Made by a program: the position numbers and the translations under genes. A DNA stretch of 64,000 nt from Mediterranea sp. (GTDB lineage: Bacteria > Bacteroidota > Bacteroidia > Bacteroidales > Bacteroidaceae). A model generated the notes under the pieces. That model was given only the letters and a program-made list of their open reading frames with translations, had not been told where the DNA came from and did no database searches. The DNA lies in assembly GCA_031261785.1 (NCBI GenBank), contig JAISIZ010000094.1, positions 1,471 through 65,470 of the forward strand, in the 5' to 3' direction. Within the stretch, counting starts at the first letter, position 1, and each line of letters starts with the position of its first letter. Shown in pieces: positions 60,572-64,000 of the stretch.

Positions 60572-61638
60572 TTCCTGAAAGCCTCCGTCTCCACCATCAT
60601 GCCGGCACGCAGTTGCGCCATGTCCTCGGGCGACACGTCCTTGAGGTCAATCCGCACGGGGATGCGCTGTTGCACTTTTACGAAATTGCCGGCGGAATTG
60701 TCGGTAGGCACCAGGGAGTACTTGGAGCCGGTAGCCTCGGAGATGGCGGTCACCACGCCGTAGAACATCTTCCCCGGCATGGCGTCTACCTTGACGCGTA
60801 CCCGCTGTCCGATGTATATGTTGACAATCTTCGTCTCCTTGTAGTTGGCCGTGATCCATTTGTCGGTGCTCCGCACCAGGTACGAGATGGTCTGCCCGCC
60901 CTGCACGTATTGCCCGGGTTCGAGGGTGCGCCGTCCCATGTAGCCGTCGTATGGGGCGATGAGCACGGTGTACGACAGGTTGAGCTTGGCCAGGTCGAGC
61001 GCCGCTTCGGCGCGCAGTATGGCGGCCTCGGCGCTGGTGGTGCGGCGGGTGGTCTCAGTGTATTGCGAGGTCACCGCCTGCTTCTGCTCTACCAGCGCCT
61101 GGTAGCGTGCCTGGGCGGCTTCGTAGGCGGCCTTGGTTTGCTCGTACTGTTGTTCGGGCACCGATTCTTCTTTCAGCAGCCGTCCGAATCGTTTGTAATC
61201 CTGCTCCAGCTGCCACAGCCGGGCTTTCGCCTCGGCGATGTTGGCGTCCTGCACGGCGATGTTGGCGTGCGACACCTCTATGCCCGAGTGGAGCACGCTT
61301 TGCGAGCCTCGGGCATCGAGCAGGGCGGCCTCGGCCTCTTTCACCTTGATGGCGTACTCGCGGTTGTCGAGTACCAGCAACGTGTCGCCTTTGCGCACCA
61401 TCTGGTGCTCGGTGAAACGTACCTCCTTGATGTATCCCGCCACGCGGATGTTGAGTGGCGACACATATTGGTCCACGAAAGCGTCGTTGGTCACCTCGTA
61501 GTTGACGTAGCGCCAGAAGTAGGTGACGGTCCACCACAGGCCCGACAGCGCTATGCATACGCATGTGAAGTTGAGTATGACGTTGCGGGTCCGCAATCTC
61601 TTGAGCCGTCGTTGCTTTCGTTTCAGATCTGTTTCCAT
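60568..61638 (-). CDS. HlyD/EmrA-family periplasmic adaptor
   Basis: TNDAFV, VRKGDTL, APYDG, ANYKET, PTDNSAGNFVKVQQRIPVRI. Confidence 0.93.
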   Translation of the reverse strand: METDLKRKQRRLKRLRTRNVILNFTCVCIALSGLWWTVTYFWRYVNYEVTNDAFVDQYVSPLNIRVAGYIKEVRFTEHQMVRKGDTLLVLDNREYAIKVKEAEAALLDARGSQSVLHSGIEVSHANIAVQDANIAEAKARLWQLEQDYKRFGRLLKEESVPEQQYEQTKAAYEAAQARYQALVEQKQAVTSQYTETTRRTTSAEAAILRAEAALDLAKLNLSYTVLIAPYDGYMGRRTLEPGQYVQGGQTISYLVRSTDKWITANYKETKIVNIYIGQRVRVKVDAMPGKMFYGVVTAISEATGSKYSLVPTDNSAGNFVKVQQRIPVRIDLKDVSPEDMAQLRAGMMVETEAFRK

Positions 61639-61666
61639 GTTTATGTTCTCTTCTTATTCGATATAG

Positions 61667-62980
61667 TTACAGTTGGCCGCAGGCTTTCTGTAGTTGGTAA
61701 TACGTATAGATGACCCGCGTGCGCGCGGTGACGAGTTGCAGCTCCACGTTGAGGTGTACGGTGTAGGCGTCGAGCAGGTCGGTGAGTATGGCGAGCTGGC
61801 CGAGGTAGCGGTTTTGCATGATGCGGTAGTTCTCTTCGGCTTGCCGCTCGGAGAGCCTCAGCGCCTCTACGCGCTGCAACGCCTCGCGGTGGCGGAGGTA
61901 GGCGGTGCGCACCTCCATGCGCAGGTTCTGCATGCGTTGCGCCTCTTCGTTCCGGCTCAGGACGACGGCCCATTTTTTCGCCTTGATCTGGTGGCTGTTC
62001 TTGTAGAGCGACGACAGGGGGTAGGAGAAGGAGAGGCCGATGTTCCAGTTGTTGTTGTACATGTCGGCCAGCGTGCGCGACACGGGTCGGGCCAGCGTGT
62101 TGGAGGCGTAGAGCGAGAGGCTCGGCAGCGAGGCGGAGCGTGCCAGGCGCACGTCGTTGTCGGCCAGCCGCGCCCGCGCCCGCAACAGCCTCACGTCGGG
62201 GTCGTTGGCGAAGGCGGCCAGCACGTAGTCGTCGTATGTTTCCAGCGCCACGGCCTGTGTCAGCAGCATGGTGTCGGGTTTCAGCAGCAGGTTCTCGTCC
62301 AGACCGATAAGGATGTCGATCTGTTGGGAGACGAGCGTGATGCTGTTCTCGGTCTCCTCGCGTGCCAGACGGTCGTTGGTGAGCTGCATCTCGCTGCGTA
62401 GCACGTCGTTGTTGGTGATCAGTCCCTCTTGCTTCATCCGACGTATATCCTGGAGGCGTCGCTCGGATTCCTCGATATTACGCGCCAGCACGTCGTGCTG
62501 CTTATAGAGGCTGAAGAGATTGAGGTATTGGTTGAGCAAAGCCAGCTTCACCTCGCCCCGGTCGGTGAGGGTTTGCAGCTCGGCGATCTCTTTCTCGATG
62601 TCGGCTTTCTTGATGTTTCGTAGGATTTTGCCTCCCGCGTAGAGCGGTTGCGCGAGGTCTATCTCGTAGTTCTGCGACCAGTCGGGCGCGTCGGGGGTTG
62701 TAGCCGCCGACAGCCCTCGTTGCCAGACGACGGGTTGACCGATGAATCCGCCTTTCAGTCCCACCTGCACGTCGGGCATGCGTCCGGAGCGTGCGGTTTT
62801 GGTGCTTTCGCGGGCGATGGATTCCTTTAGCGCGTCGGCTTGAAGCCTCAGGCTGTTTCGCGTGCCTTGCTCAAACAATTGGTCGACCGTAAGAAACAGT
62901 GAATCCGTTTGGGCAATAATGGTAGGTACGTAGGCAAACAGGAGACTTAGGATAAGACAATACATTTTACATTTTGCCAT
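61667..62980 (-). CDS. TolC-family outer-membrane efflux protein
   Basis: Signal peptide, QPLYAGG, TNNDVLR, AILTDLLDA; -7 element TACCTTTG at 63024..63031. Confidence 0.9.
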   Translation of the reverse strand: MAKCKMYCLILSLLFAYVPTIIAQTDSLFLTVDQLFEQGTRNSLRLQADALKESIARESTKTARSGRMPDVQVGLKGGFIGQPVVWQRGLSAATTPDAPDWSQNYEIDLAQPLYAGGKILRNIKKADIEKEIAELQTLTDRGEVKLALLNQYLNLFSLYKQHDVLARNIEESERRLQDIRRMKQEGLITNNDVLRSEMQLTNDRLAREETENSITLVSQQIDILIGLDENLLLKPDTMLLTQAVALETYDDYVLAAFANDPDVRLLRARARLADNDVRLARSASLPSLSLYASNTLARPVSRTLADMYNNNWNIGLSFSYPLSSLYKNSHQIKAKKWAVVLSRNEEAQRMQNLRMEVRTAYLRHREALQRVEALRLSERQAEENYRIMQNRYLGQLAILTDLLDAYTVHLNVELQLVTARTRVIYTYYQLQKACGQL

Positions 62981-63055
62981 ACATTTCTCTTTGTGTCCCT
63001 GAAAAACAATCTTTAAACGGGCGCAAAGGTACTACATTTTCACTACTTTCGCGCC

Positions 63056-64000
63056 ATGAACAACGAAAAAGTGCATAAAAGCCGCTCGCGAGGAGGCTGG
63101 TGGACGCTCAGTCCGCTGCTTGTCTTTCTCGGCGTTTACCTCTTCCTGATGACCCGTTTACATGCCGATAGCGGTGTCCATCTTCCCATCACCGTAGCCT
63201 TCCTGGCGGCAGCCTGCTACGCCGTCGCCATCACGCGGGGGATGACGCTGGAGGAACGCGTCAGGCAGTTCTCGGCGGGCGCGGCGGACAAGAACATACT
63301 CCTCATGATCTGGATATTCGTGCTCGCCGGAGCCTTCGCGCAGAGCGCCAAGGAGCTGGGAGCCATCGACGCCACCGTCAACCTCACCCTTTTGTTGCTG
63401 CCCGACAACCTGCTGCCCGCCGGCATATTCATCGCCGCTTGCTTCATCTCGCTCTCCATAGGTACCAGCGTGGGCACCATCGTGGCGCTCACTCCCGTGG
63501 CCGTGGGACTGGCCGATCGCACCGGCATGGCTCTCCCTTTCATGGTGGGCGTGGTGGTGGGCGGCTCCTTCTTCGGCGACAATCTCTCGTTCATCTCCGA
63601 CACCACCATAGCGGCCACCAAGACGCAGGCGTGCGACATGCGCGACAAGTTCAAGGTCAACTTCCAGATCGTGGTGCCTGCCGCCATCGTGGTGCTGGGC
63701 ATCTACGTCGTCAAGGGCTTCGCGATAACCGGCTCGGCTCCCACCGATGCCATCGACTGGGTGAAGGTGATTCCTTATATTATCGTATTGGCGACGGCGC
63801 TCGCCGGTATGAACGTGATGGCCGTCTTGCTTATCGGTATAGCGGCCGTAGGGGCGATTGGTCTCGTCACCGGCACCTGGGACATGTTTCATTGGTTTGG
63901 CTCCATGGGAACGGGCATCACCGGCATGGGCGAGCTGATCATCGTCACTCTCCTGGCGGGAGGCATATTGGAGCTGATACGGGAAGGGGGAGGTATCGAC
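63056..64000 (+). CDS. NhaC-family Na+/H+ antiporter (runs off window end)
   Basis: Hand translation MNNEKVHK...IFVLAGAF...SLSIGTSVGT...GGSFFGDNLSFISDTTIAATKTQ...DKFKVN. Confidence 0.9.
   Translation, partial: MNNEKVHKSRSRGGWWTLSPLLVFLGVYLFLMTRLHADSGVHLPITVAFLAAACYAVAITRGMTLEERVRQFSAGAADKNILLMIWIFVLAGAFAQSAKELGAIDATVNLTLLLLPDNLLPAGIFIAACFISLSIGTSVGTIVALTPVAVGLADRTGMALPFMVGVVVGGSFFGDNLSFISDTTIAATKTQACDMRDKFKVNFQIVVPAAIVVLGIYVVKGFAITGSAPTDAIDWVKVIPYIIVLATALAGMNVMAVLLIGIAAVGAIGLVTGTWDMFHWFGSMGTGITGMGELIIVTLLAGGILELIREGGGID

Overview
GC-rich Bacteroidales-type chromosomal window, judged from TAnnTTTG promoters, a men cluster, a nigD/ECF/anti-sigma locus and type V pilins. Most of it is housekeeping: menaquinone operon, oxyR, aquaporin, fumarase, hflX, RND and MFS tripartite pumps, oxidative pentose phosphate operon, rluA, MATE and nhaC. 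There are three accessory zones. (1) 1.1-8.1 kb: a membrane Ser/Thr kinase, a degenerate-FHA protein and the 43-codon stub of a second kinase. The stub is cut exactly where a promoter-bearing AAA-ATPase/PD-(D/E)XK cassette begins. That cassette occurs twice as a ~1.6-kb direct repeat around a decayed DUF5043-like locus with two in-frame TAA stops. (2) 36.6-40.7 kb: an orphan type V pilin split by a +1 frameshift, 23-24-bp tandem repeats and a third AAA-nuclease paralog. (3) 47.7-58.8 kb: an outer-membrane barrel, a P-loop ATPase and a four-gene type V pilus operon with a TPR-AraC regulator and candidate 21-bp-spaced operator repeats. A ~52-bp non-coding element occurs in two full copies and one partial copy, always 3' of a gene in sense orientation. 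No tRNA, rRNA, CRISPR array, transposase or integrase was recognised. Family names come from motif recognition and recall, not database searches; identities and GC values are hand counts.
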